Source: Octopus sinensis
Taxonomy: Eukaryota
Length of the DNA: 64,000 bases
NCBI RefSeq assembly: GCF_006345805.1
Contig: NC_042997.1
Coordinates: forward strand, 67,890,001-67,954,000
Reading direction: 5' to 3'
Numbering within the stretch: the first letter of the stretch is position 1; the number at the start of each line of letters is the position of its first letter. The notes under the pieces are model-generated. The model did not search any database. It was not told where the DNA came from and worked only from the letters and a program-made list of their open reading frames with translations. A program made the translations under genes and the position numbers. Positions 51,700 to 64,000 of this stretch are shown here, one piece after another.

Positions 51700-52190
51700 A
51701 CAGACTGGAATTATAGGCCCGTCTCTTGCAATTTCGATCAATTGTATCTTGTCCTCCCTCTTGTATAGAAGTGTGGCTACAATCCACCCTACCTCTACTT
51801 CTGGAGGGGACATTTTAAATTTTTATCCGGGACGTCCTACGTCCCAGATATAAAGGTAAAAATAAAATATTTCCACTTTGCAAGGTTCGAGTCGAGTACT
51901 CCCTTGCACGCTCCGTTGACTCGAACCTTGCTTCTATTGTGGCGAATTTACCGCCTCTAGTTAGATATATTTCATAGTCGTACCAAGACACTTTTCGATG
52001 GTGCTTTCCTCCAGGTGTTCAAATCTTTTTTCTCTACATTGTATACTTTATAGACAATAGTCTTTTCTTTAATTTAATTTTTTTTATTTCGTTTGGTGGT
52101 GTTATCTTTGTCGGTGATCAATCTGTATTTCTTCCATTTTAATTTCAATGAGTTCGCGCCCGCCGACGGCTGCAGCGAAATTCATTTTTG
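51700..52190 (-). pseudogene. Second, diverged fragment of the same LINE ORF1 family as 27496-28705
   Basis: MNFAAAVGG.., EKTIVYKVYNVEKK, STIEKCLG, LPLYLGRRTSRIKI*NVPPEVEVGWIVATLLYKREDKI align with the 27.5-27.9-kb translation. Confidence 0.7.
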
Positions 52191-52839
52191 GACTTTCTTC
52201 TATCGAAGGCATTCTAACAAAAATGCTTCCGTGTAAACAGTGAAAATATTGTCAATTTCCCCAAACAGGGACACAATTCAATTTTTAAACAATAACCAAA
52301 GCTCCTTCTCCCAAAGGGGGAGGGTTACAGTTTACAATTATTTAACTAATACAACACAACAATGTTTCCTTTACGAGGAAACCAACAAACGTGATAATAA
52401 TAGTTAAACAGTAATAATAATAACAACAAACCTTACGATGAGTCAGAAAGCAGTAAGCAGTTGAAGCTTTAGTCCTTTAAGTATAAGAAATAAACCAACA
52501 GGAGCGGCTGTTCGAGAAAACAGATATTACATACAGCCAAACTTCATATAGATACTTAATGCTAGCTAATTAGCAGATAATCTAATGTAAAAGCACAGCT
52601 CCATCTGGACTATTCCATTTCTGAACGCTAATTTTATTTTTAATTTATTCCCATTCAAGTTCAAGTCATTGATGCAATTTTATACCAATTGCTATTTTTA
52701 CTTTTGTTATGTTATGATTATATTATACTTTAGTTTGATTTTAATTATTACTTACTACATATAATTCAATTGTTATTATTATTTTCATTGTTAAAGTGAA
52801 AGCATCTGACATAAAATAGAGAAGTGTTTTTGTTTCACT

Positions 52840-53055
52840 TTTAACACGTAATACTGAAATAGTGGAGAAGATATGGTATTGCTATGGGCTCGCTCTAGGC
52901 AAGAAGTTGAACATTTTTTTTGCCCATGAAACTACATGGACCCTAAGTAAGGCATGTGTAAAATTTGAATGAAATTGGTTGTGTAGTTCTCAAGTTTTAG
53001 GGAAACACACAACAGACAGACAGACACACATTCTCAGTTTTATATATATATAGAT
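52840..53055 (+). mobile_element. Helitron/Helentron-associated (HINE-like) 3' fragment
   Basis: ...AAATTTGAATGAAATTGG..CAGACAGACAGACA..TTTTATATATATATAGAT end, typical of such elements. Confidence 0.45.
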
Positions 53056-53341
53056 ATGTTTATGTACTTTTTTTTACAAGATCTTTGCTGTGAAAACGTG
53101 TGTTGAAACAGAAATTGTTATACATAGGGCTGGTATTTTTTGCCAATTTAATACATGTGCTATTTATTTGATCTCCACTCAAGGTTTTATTCATATTATT
53201 TGTAGTTCATACATCTGTCAAAGTTCTTTCGTCACACATTCTGCAACGTCCTCATTGACTCAATGTCCCATTTGTCTAAAAATGTGAAGCTCAAATAAAT
53301 AGTGCGTGTGCTTCATTGACAAAAAGACCATCACCATATAT

Positions 53342-53413
<72 letters not shown>

Positions 53414-54462
53414 GTGTGTGTATAAACAGAAGGTCTGGATATTCTAGATGAAACTCCTTTAACTGCAGGCTAAGTGGATCCTGAATGGTTGGATTATATG
53501 TCAACGTTTGGCAGATTCTTGTTTATGGGTTTATGGTACAGACGACAGAGGCCCGTATTACATTCCGTTATTACATCCAAAGAATTATCTATCTTAGAAT
53601 TATTTCCTTACATTGTAGATATTTATTAGTCCTTGAAGAAATGTCTAAGTTTGCTTTTTTATTCCTTTTCAATTCTACGTTACCACAGTTATAGAAGATA
53701 AAAATAGAATCGTCCTTGTGTATATCACCAGTTATTTCAGAGCACTTCTTTTTAATTATGTATAAAGAAGTCAGTGACCTGCGCTGATGCATTCGAACTC
53801 ATGCTTATATCAAAACTGTTAGATAAGTCAGTTCTAGTCAAATATTGACGTTCGAATTCAACAATTGTTTTCGTAGCTGCAAATAAAATAGCTACGAGTA
53901 TTTCTTGCCCAGAAAGTTTGGAGCTTTTCATTGCCAAAATTAAAGATCTGTATAGAAGATTAAGATTAATATATGACCTGTACCTAGAAATGTCTAGTTA
54001 CATTAATTTAATATATTTCACATATTTCTTATTTGTAAGGCATTGGAAACAATTTTTACTGTATGTATGTATGTATGTATGTATGTATGTACTTTCTCTC
54101 TCTCACACACATATATGTGAACTAAATGTAACGTACAATTACATTTGTCAGTAGATGTCACGTCAACAGGAATTAAATATCCATGTTTAAGACTTTTGCA
54201 TCGCAATGCCACGGTTGCGGCTTTGATCCATCTGCGGAGTATTTGGGCAAATATCTTTTATTATAGCCATAAGCTAATTAGTCTGTTGTGATTGAAATTT
54301 CTATCCAAATCTGACGTCAATGAAATAAGTAGCAAAGAAAATCATACATCTAGATTATGGATAAAAACCTTTTAAAGTGTCTTTTTTTATTATAGACGCT
54401 TTCTAATGATTAAAACCAGCAAAAGGATCTCCGCTCTCTCTCACACATACGTACACAAACCG

Positions 54463-54534
<72 letters not shown>

Positions 54535-54759
54535 ATATATTATGGATTCTCTTGTCGTGAACAACAAATGAGAGTTCAGTAAAATAAAATATTGATCATG
54601 TTCAATGGACACGAATGTGTCTCTTGAGGTTTACTGGTGCTTTGCAAACCTTTCGGCAAATGGAACGAGTTGAAGACTCAGTTTACTTGAGTGTTTGTGG
54701 ATTGTTCTATATTTAAGAGATGAAGAAGTATGTACATTATTTACATTATTTACATTATC

Positions 54760-55402
54760 TATTGGTTGATGATGCTGTCGATTGATATGAACAACTTGTA
54801 AATGATGATGACGATATTCCACATTAAATTGTATCCTATTTTGAAAATAATTATATAGGTTCACCTGGAGGAAGAGGACAGAGGAGGCGACGCCTAGAAT
54901 CTCCATTTCCATTACCTATATGGAATGTTTGGGATCAATGTATGACGGGGATTGCTCGTACTACAAATAGTTTAAAAGCCTACCACAGCGGGCTGAAAAC
55001 CGTAGTGAATATTGGTCATCTGAATAGTTGGAAACTTATTGATGTGACTAAATGTGAGGAAAGATTTGCCAGTACCAAACTGCAGAAGTTTATGCAAGAA
55101 GAAGAACCAAGCCAAAAGAAAAAGATACAGAGATATGAACCTGCGTATAAAAAATGTCATGGAAAAATATGATCCAAGCCTCAAAATTATTTTTCTAAAA
55201 GCAATTGTACATGATCTTAAGTTTTAAGAAAAAGTAAATATGTAATACAGAAAACCTTAACATAAACGTTTTTTAATTAAGATATTCGTTCTTCCATTTT
55301 TCCTATGATCTCGATGAATTGACTGACGACGAATTGACCAACACCGTATTGACAGGAGCCGAATTAAACGACGACAAATTGCCGTCGACGAAGTGAGCGG
55401 AC

Positions 55403-55404
<2 letters not shown>
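54760..55404 (+). mobile_element. MULE/Mutator transposase C-terminal remnant plus right terminal repeat
   Basis: IVSYFENNYIG..RRRRLESPFPLPIWNVWDQ..IARTTNSLKAYH..HLNSWKLI (MULE 'YFE..YIG..FP..WN..RTNN..E.WH..HP..WK.I'); the end 55310-55404 carries GACGAATTG-type internal repeats and finishes ..GCGGACAC. Confidence 0.75.
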
Positions 55405-55461
<57 letters not shown>

Positions 55462-55465
<4 letters not shown>

Positions 55466-55968
55466 ACAATCAAGGAACGGCCATGATAGGCCATTCACCC
55501 ACTAGAAATAACAGCCAAAGCTTCAACCGCAAATAAAGATTAATTCCGTAAACAGGAGAAAATTTAAAAAACATTTACCCTGTAATTTCTTGTACGATGC
55601 ACCGTTTCATCTGCTGTTTAATGGTAAACTAACCTGATTAAATTAAATCAAGCCATAGGCCCTCAGATTCTTCAGCAAGAAATAGCCAAGTCGGAACAAA
55701 TATTTTCACGAGGCATTTCCGACCCTGCCAAGGTAATATCTGACCTAAAATTTTCAAATCGTCGCACTCGCGCCAAATTTATCGGCAGCAAATAAATATA
55801 AGCCGTCGATTCCATTACGGAATTAACCAGAAAATTCATAATTAATCAATATAGGGTGGCAAAAAAATTTTGTAGAATTCTTTTTGCCACCAGCGGCCTA
55901 GTGGGAAAAAATTAAATAGTCATAGACCATTTTTAAAATTTTTTTGCCACCCTATATTGATTAATTAT
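55462..55968 (-). repeat. Single inverted copy of the 492-bp repeat, (TA)n on both sides
   Basis: Reverse complement of the unit at 1-790, with a few substitutions and a small deletion. Confidence 0.93.
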
Positions 55969-55972
55969 ATAT

Positions 55973-56065
<93 letters not shown>

Positions 56066-56108
56066 TTATATATGCACATGAATATATCTGCCCTCACACA
56101 TATATATG

Positions 56109-56156
<48 letters not shown>

Positions 56157-56520
56157 GCCGTAAAGGATATGGTTGGACCGTCTTTTCAGCGTAAAACAAC
56201 TGAGAGTACAATACGTACTTGTACTACACAAACAATATTCACAAAACATTGTATATGTTAAATGGTTGTTCTTACTCCCATACCATGGTTCTTCGTTGCT
56301 GCTCAGGTATTTTAATACAGAGATCTTTAGTAGACATTTCATGTTACGTGAAGCCATTGTGGCAGCAAGCACAAAACACGTATATACACACACCTATTGA
56401 CACACATTACACATATACACAAGGTACCCAATAAAACGGCTGATCTTTTAGTCATATATTAAGTACTATTCAATGTATTTTACATTAGACTTTTACATGC
56501 TTTTTATAATGGTTTCTAAT

Positions 56521-56722
56521 TTTGGTATAAACCAGCAATTTTGGGGGTAGAGTAGGTCGATTACATTGACTTCAGTGCTCGACTGGTACTTATTTTTATC
56601 GGCCTAGAAAGGATGTAAGGCAAAGTCGACCAGGGCTGGAACTGAACTTAGAGCGTAGACACGAACGAAATACCGCTAGGGATTTTGCTTGGCGTGCTAT
56701 CAATTCTGCCAGCTCGCTGCCT
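56521..56722 (-). mobile_element. tRNA-derived SINE, tail type B
   Basis: Reverse complement of the family head (GGCAGCGAGCTGGCAGAATTG..), body and tail. Confidence 0.85.
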
Positions 56723-57389
56723 TATGTATTATTTATAATAATGTACTTTTACTAATGTTATAATTTGATAATTTTATGATTTCCTAGTTTTGTAATTTTA
56801 TTCTTTTTATAACTTTATAGTTACATGAAAAAGCCATTGCATAGCTGCGGACATACGACTCATCCATCCTTTTTGGGAAGTTTTCATTTACCCAATTTAT
56901 AATTTTAACGTCCAGAATGAGGAAACTATTCAACACCAAGACATTCATCTTCTGATCAAAATTGCTCCTTCAACATATCAGTTGACTATTTCTTCAAATA
57001 AAAATACTCTATTTAAGGAAACCAAACTACACATTTTGTACATTTATTTATTTAAAGAAATTCTTATACCATAATGTTGTACATAAACATATAAAATTGC
57101 ATAATTATAAAAACCATAAAATTGTAAAGTTACAATAATTAAGTAAATTACGTGTTATAATTATTATTCGAAAATTTTACGGAAATGGATTTTGAATGTA
57201 CAACATAGTAAAATTAGCTTTTTTATCAGGGTCATCTAGTGTATTTATCAAATATGTTATTTTTAAAGCTGTTTGCACTGATTTAAAAATAACATGGTAT
57301 TTTTATTCTATTTTATTTCAATTACTCCAGTCATCTGCACTCTTAGAAATATGTGTATATTCAAGATTTACTAGTACACACTTGAAAAG

Positions 57390-57425
<36 letters not shown>

Positions 57426-57677
57426 ACATATAAAATGTGTGTGCGTTTGTGCGTGTATAAGAGTGTGAGCGGTTATGTATGTAAGAGTATGTGTAATATA
57501 TTTTATTTCTTTATTACTCACAGGAGGCTAAACATAGAGGCGGTTGCATCATGTTAAAAGAAACGTATTCTGCATTTAAAACAAATGTTCATTTTTAAAA
57601 AATACATTTTGTTCATAAGGGCTCTCTTAAGTATTGAAAAACTTTAACGCTGTGTTGCGCATAAATATTCATGAGTT

Positions 57678-57865
57678 CCACAAGGCCAGCAGTTTCGGGG
57701 GAAGGGTAAGTGGATTACATTGACCGCAGTGATCAGCTGGTACTCACTTTATCGACTCCGCTAGGAATTTTGCTCCGCGTGCAAAGGGAATGAAAGGGAA
57801 AGTAGACCACGATGGAATTTGAACTCGCAATGTAAAGGCGGACAAAATGCCGCTAAGAATTTTTC
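57678..57865 (-). mobile_element. tRNA-derived SINE (diverged)
   Basis: GGTAAGTGGATTACATTGACC..GGTACT..GAATTTGAACTC..AAATGCCGCTAAG. Confidence 0.75.
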
Positions 57866-58247
57866 CAGCTATCGAGACCACCAGACTAAGCAGTTTCGAC
57901 CTTATTATGGCCATCCTCGGTAATGGATACTCGTCTGCTAGACATAGCAGTAGTTCACTCCAGTTTGCAATATATAGAAAATAAGTGACACACAGTCACT
58001 GATTTTGCAACAAGCAAGCTAGCTCGCTAAGAGAATCTCTATAAGTGACAAAAGCAGTATCTCTACTGAGAAGTAATGTTTATCGCTATCATCCTAAAAA
58101 TAAAATAAAAGTCGAATCGTTTGTAATTGAGACTAAGGATTATTTACTAGTTCTACTAAAGTATTAAGTGAGGAATTAATTCCTAAAGTAAAGTTATCTT
58201 GTAATCTATATGGTATACTCCTCCTATTGTGTGAATATTTCAATACG

Positions 58248-58460
58248 AGGGTGCGAGCTGGCAGAAGCGTTATTGCGTCGGACATATATGCTTAGCGGCA
58301 TTCTTCCGACCTTACGTTTCAAGTTCAAATTTCATCAGGATCTGCTTTCATTTCATTCCCTCGCGGTCGATAAAATAAGTACCAGAAGAGCACTGGGATC
58401 GCTGTAACCGACTTACCCCTCCTCTAAAAATGCTAGCTTTGTACTAAAATTTTAAACCAA
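58248..58460 (+). mobile_element. tRNA-derived SINE, tail type B (diverged)
   Basis: GGGTGCGAGCTGGCAGAAGCGTTA..GGTCGATAAAATAAGTACCAG..AAAATTTTAAACCAAT. Confidence 0.8.
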
Positions 58461-58877
58461 TATTTCAAGAGAAAGTAGTCATAAATTCACGTTTATTGGA
58501 GGGTGGTGGTGTCAGTGGGAGGTGTCACCTTTTATTCGAACAGATTTAGTAATTACAAGAGCGGTGCTTGGAAGAAGCATTAGCGTATCAAACTAAAATG
58601 CTTTGTAGAATTTAGTTATTTTCTGTCTACGTTCAAATTCCCCTTTCGTCCTAAACCTTTAATTTTTATGGGATCAAATCGACCCCAAGTACTGGGGTCG
58701 ATATAATGGATTATATTCTTTCCTAAGATCTGAGGCATTGTGCTTGTGTTAGAATTTATTATAAATCTTAATTAATCAAGCAAGGTTGAAATCAAGACCG
58801 TGCAAGGCACAATTCGAATGCATTGTTACATAATCACTGAAGAATATTAGATGAGTATCCATATATGACTGAATTTC

Positions 58878-59095
58878 AGAGTCGTTAGTACGCCAGGCAA
58901 AATGCTTAGCGGTATTTCGTCTGCCGTTACGTTCTGAGTTCAAATTCCGCCGAGGTCGACTTTGCCTTTCATCCTTTCGGGGTCAATTAAATAAGTACCA
59001 GTTATGCACTGGGGTCGATATAATCGACTTAATCCGTTTGTCTGTCCTTGTTTGTCACCTTTGTGTTTGGCCCCTTGTGGGCAATAAAGAAATGA
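58878..59095 (+). mobile_element. tRNA-derived SINE, tail type A
   Basis: Tail AATCCGTTTGTCTGTCCTTGTTTGTCACCTTTGTGTTTGGCCCCTTGTGGGCAATAAAGAAATGAA. Confidence 0.88.
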
Positions 59096-60789
59096 AATAT
59101 ATTACACATACTCTAACATACGTACCCGCTCACACACTTATACACGCACACCACACACACACAAATTTTTATATATATACACACACACATAAATTTTTAT
59201 AAGTATACACACACGTATATATACAAAAATGTATATATGTTTGCATCTCGCTTTCAATGTATGTGTTTTAAGCTTAACAAAATTTTATAAATATCGGATG
59301 TTATAACGTCTGTGTTGTTTTTATGTGTTTCTAATCCTTTAGAAACTTTTACAAAGATTTTTAATTGCAAAATATCTTTCCTTTTCTTATCACATTTCTC
59401 TTAGCATTAGCTTTTTCTTCAAAAATTTCCGTCTCAGTTTTCTTTGACCCATTTTCTCTCAGCTTTACTATAAACTATTATAATGGTACAAACTGCTGAC
59501 AACATTACTTTTTTGTTGATGCTTATACTTATAAACTAAACGTAAATTTCTGTAATTGCTGACGTTGAACGACGGTAGTTATTCTTTCACTCACGGTTAG
59601 CTTTGATTGAGCAGGCCTATGACAAAAGCTTACGATTCGTGATCATTCTTCTTTTCTTCATAAGTTTATCTAGAAGGACTTTAGACTAATGTGTCTTTTT
59701 GTATTCCTTAAAGACGTTAAGGATGATATTTGAGAGAAGTGTGGTTGCTATTTCTATCAGGTAAAAAAATCACAAAGACTGCATCTTGTTCGACGACTGT
59801 AGTTATAGTTTGATGAAGGTGTTGATTTCTCCGCTCTTTACTTAAACCGAGCTCTTGTTCTGGTTCACGAAAGACTATTGATAGTAAAAGTGTTGTCAAA
59901 CACACGTTTTGCTCTCTCAGATTTACTGTCGTTGTGAAGTCAGCATTTGTTTCCATTGCTAAACGGTATTTGCCACATTAGTTTTGATTAAGATTCAAAT
60001 GTTATTAGTAATCAATTTAACTTTGGATTGAACGTTTCATTTAGCATATTCAATTGTCAAAATTAGGGCCAAGATCGATTAGTAAGGTCGATCGAATAAA
60101 CTGTCGATGTTTGTCTGAGAGACACAGATATCAGATCAGCGTGAAAGTTGTTATGCCTTTTTCCTAAATCAAGGGAGCAAGAGTCATTGTGGTTGAGATA
60201 GAATTGGTAAAGAAAAGAAATAATACGCCTGTGGAATAGTAGATGTAAAGAATCGACAACTGATTATCATTGAAACATTTTCCGATCTTGAAGAGAAAGC
60301 TTAATTTTGGGGCAGCAGGTATGCTATGCTACATACGAATGGAAGATATAGTTAAACATTTGGGTACAGAAAGGTTGCTAGATTTTGTGACAGAAATTAC
60401 TCCGTCAGTACTATTGGAAAAATAACTGCAGCACATTTTACATCAATATTTTCTGATAGAATATTTATAATCTTGCGTGTTCCAGGAAATATGTAACTAT
60501 TAAACTTGCACTAGTGAAGTCAATTACTGTTTTGAAACTATAGCAGGCAGCATGTTTAGATGATTTTTCTCCTGAGTTATTGCGACAATTTGAGAAATGA
60601 AGCTACACCCACAGATTGTTAGACTACGGAGCGAAGGGGCAGTTTGCATTAGTTGTCAACCGGTGGGCACTGTTTACTCATATTTCGTCACAGGTAGCAT
60701 AGCAAAGTAGAGCTTATAGTTTAAGTAATAGGACTCTCCAAGGATTCTTTTTGTTGCTTTTTTTCAGTCACGTCAGTTATGGGGGTATG

Positions 60790-61310
60790 CACCGTTGCAT
60801 CGGTCCTGCATCCACCATTTATTAGCATGTGCTCGGGTCGTCCCAGACAATCCTCCGAACAGTTTTCCAGCTAGTTCTTATCTCTGCGAGATACTTCCTC
60901 ATCCTTCTTGACCATGTAGCGTATGATTGACCAACACGAGTCACCAGCTCAGCCGGATTATCATAGAAGAGAACACAACACGCAAGAAAATCGAGCAACA
61001 TGACCAATCAATCTTAACTGATGCTCCTGAATCATATAAGTAACAAGATGCATCCCAGGTTCTGAGTATAGCCGTTGGCTGGTTACAAAATCCGACCAAT
61101 GGTAACCAATAATCCTGCGAAGTGTCCTGGTACCAAAGGAGTTCAGGTGGACCTCTAAGGGCTCCTGACAGTATCCAAGTCTCGCAGCTGTAAAGCAGGA
61201 CAGTGGGTGGGGGACAGACCTGAAGACCCGAACCTTTGTCCTCTTGCTCAGATATCAACAGCGCGAAACATCCTTGTGCAGTGACAACGCAACTGCACCC
61301 ACCCATCCAA
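60790..61310 (-). mobile_element. RTE-clade LINE RT C-terminal fragment
   Basis: LQVC..VLLYSCETWILS in track ORF 60941-61306, followed by decayed 'GHVAR' and 'GRP..SW' like segments. Confidence 0.7.
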
Positions 61311-64000
61311 GTCGGACTGGCAGCTAATGCTGCTATGGATTACACTGTTGGAAAAAGTGAAACGGTCAGCAATTTAGATACTCTCGCCTACAACAAAGAT
61401 AGACGACATGGAGTCCTCCAGGAAGTCAACGATTTAAAATTCTTGTAAGTGCCATGTATTTCAACTTCATTGAGAAACCTTCAAAGGTATACCATGGTAG
61501 AAAACAAAGCCAACGAAAATATAACAATAACATGAACAACAGTAAGGAAGGAAACAACATCAACAATGAGTCAACCCGGGTGCCTTGGTGTAGTCATTCG
61601 ATATGCTAGAAATAACAGCTACCATATTTTCAAAAATCATATTCTATCGTGTTTTAAAAATAAGAAGGACATATAGGATAATGTTGACACAAAATGTGAT
61701 GGGAACGGTTAGAATGATTTATGATCATCCGCTTACTTGTTTAAAGCTGTCACGAGTCTAAATAATAACAGCAACAAGATTAATTGACACAACGACAACA
61801 ACAAAGAGTGTGATGAGTCCTACACTGTTGTATGTGTCCTTCTGGTGAGTCTAATTATATAGCTTTCCACTGGAAATCAATTTAGTTCCTTTGTATGAAC
61901 TATTACATTTACAAAATTTTAAAATTATATATTTACTTTACTAATACTCCTCACAACCCCATTATCAACCGATATAAATAGTAGGCTTGAGTTTATGTCT
62001 ACCTAAGTTACTTATGTGAACAGTTTGCTCAGTTATGTAAACTGTTTATATACTCTTGTAAACCTTTATTTGGTATATGGTTTTAAAAGCATCATTTGAT
62101 TTAACTGAAAAGAAGCAATCGGCAAACCAACCAGAAATAGCAGCCAAATCTTCCTAGAATCACATACAAACGTGTCAGAAAGGAAGACACATTCAATAAC
62201 ATTTTCATAGATAAGTTATGCACTCAATATTTCTCAGTTTACACTATACCGTCTTAAAATAGAAAGAACTCATTAAATAATATATAGAACTTAGTGAGTA
62301 GGTTTACCGTGAGAAGTGAAGAATGTAACGTTTCGTCCATTTGTCCTTTGTTGAATGAAATGAAAAAAAAAAAGGATAGCAGTTTCAGTGCATAGTAAAA
62401 ATTAAACGCCACAGTGAGTTAGTTTGAATGGTTAAAGGAAGATAAAGATTAATAGCAGATATTATGTACAAAGGAAAAGAATCATGGTCAAGTGCACACA
62501 AACAGTGGCATAAACGCATATGCAAAGATGCTATGGAGAATTAGGAGAAAGGTTGGTAGCGTGAGCTTGAATGTAGAACTGAAGAATGACAAAAGAGAGG
62601 GTCTAAAATTAAATAATGCAATTTGTACCGGAGGTGAGGGTGATAGATACTTTGTGAGGATAGGGCTTATATATCTGTTACAGTCGTATACACATTATAT
62701 ATAGATAACTGCATACAGTATATATATTGTTATACCTCATTTATTGTTATTGATTCTTTAGAAGTGCAGCTTTAAGTAAAAGAACATAAAGCAAAACCAG
62801 TTTTATCATAGGCTCAGTGATTTGATTACGGTTTACGTCCCTATATTCTTAGAAATATTCAAAACAATTCTAATATTAAACATGAAAGTATATATGTGCT
62901 AAACAAACCTACACTGAAGTGGTTTGGAATTAATTCTCATGTTTATCGTCTTTAGAACAGTGCGGTTCCAGGTCCATGAAAACTTCAGATATTTCTTCAC
63001 TACGTGTTTCAAATAACTCCACGACATTATCTTAGTTTATTTAATGAAAGTCAGCCTTGCACGCCAACCTTAGGGAACATCTTGCAACCCACTATCAGCC
63101 CAATGCAGTTTGAATAGATTTTACTCCAAACAAAATTGTTTCGCTTTTTCTTTTCATTTCTCGCATGTCCCTGTCAAATTTTCAATAGCATTCACGTTGT
63201 GTTTATAATAATCCTCCAGTCGATAGATTGAACCAAGCTGGTTGTGTTTGAAAGCAGAATGGCTTAAACATTATCTGTCCTTTCATCCAAGTTAGTTGGG
63301 TGACTTGGAGCACTGTCCGCAAAAACAAGGCTTTATTTTGAAGGTTCTTAGTCAGGCAATACTTTTTGACTGCTGGAAACACAAAGTAAACCAATATTGG
63401 AATATTGGTCTGATGGTTCACTTCACTATTTCTTTTATTTAATCGTTACTTAACAGGAAGATGAGATTTAGAGTAGCCTTCCATAGTTACTGGGCTATAA
63501 AACTGATAAAAAAACCCAAACAAGTGGCTTGAGTTTTAAACTCCTTGAGGTATTAACACCGTGAAAGAAAGCCATAAGATCTGTAGCTGCTTTGAAGCCG
63601 GGTGAAGCGTTTTTGCTTCAGAAACGCAAGTTCATTTTGATATTCGTTTCCAAAACGAATATTTTCGGTAAAAACTTTTGTGTGCTGTGTATCCTTCTGT
63701 AAAGGACACACAGCTGGAAATACCGTTACACAAAGCTGGAAATACCGTTGCAACTTCTTGGTCGGTCGTTACATGGTCATCTGAAATTCGTATCTTCTAC
63801 AAGTCACCTGGAATATGTATCTTCTAAAGTTATAAACAATTTAGGAAAGACTCAAGTTACAACAAAGTTTTACTTTCAGCAGTAGAACTCTTTGTTTTTA
63901 GACCGTCAAATAAACAGAAAACTTCCATTTGTATATGTAGCGATGATGGAATGTTACCCTGGAGCATGTCTTCCATCCTTGCTTAAAAGTCTTTTTGTAT

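Noticed and set aside
53589-53937. Two overlapping minus-strand ORFs with protein-like composition
   Set aside because: No recognisable domain; frames are discontinuous; splice signals are unconvincing.
55886-55905. CCACCAGCGGC as a CTCF site
   Set aside because: Spacing does not fit CCASYAGRKGGC; better explained as the element's small hairpin.
59717-59956. Minus-strand ORF METNADFTTT.. and an RFX-like box
   Set aside because: The ORF runs into a common repeat; the motif has several mismatches to the X-box; no homolog recognised.

Overview
AT-rich, microsatellite-dense eukaryotic non-coding DNA. The SINE families, (TA)n/(ATCT)n/(TATG)n tracts and LINE types point to a cephalopod, very likely Octopus (inference). 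I recognise no host gene with confidence, and almost all ORFs in the supplied track are microsatellite or repeat read-through. The window is mostly transposable elements: a young, 5'-truncated Tx1/L1-clade LINE (APE+RT+CCHC, 30894-34485) inside an (ATT)n microsatellite; RTE, RLE-type (R4/Dong-like) and Penelope-like fragments; Tc1, mariner, pogo/Tigger, MULE, hAT and Helitron-like remnants; and many tRNA-derived SINE copies (16 listed). The most interesting result is a candidate three-tier retroelement system that shares one 3' end: (i) the Tx1 LINE; (ii) a 1.65-kb ORF1-only 'half-LINE' with no RT, bounded by a perfect 12-bp TSD (27267-28915); (iii) a SINE subfamily whose 3' tail resembles both, with 12-14 bp TSDs. 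Other observations are two minimal hammerhead-ribozyme-like motifs, a ~395-bp fold-back element, a composite element with ~82-bp inverted ends, a near-identical inverted copy of a SINE 6 kb away, and a ~260-bp segment whose dinucleotide signature looks like reversed (not complemented) DNA, probably an artefact. All alignments and counts were done by eye.
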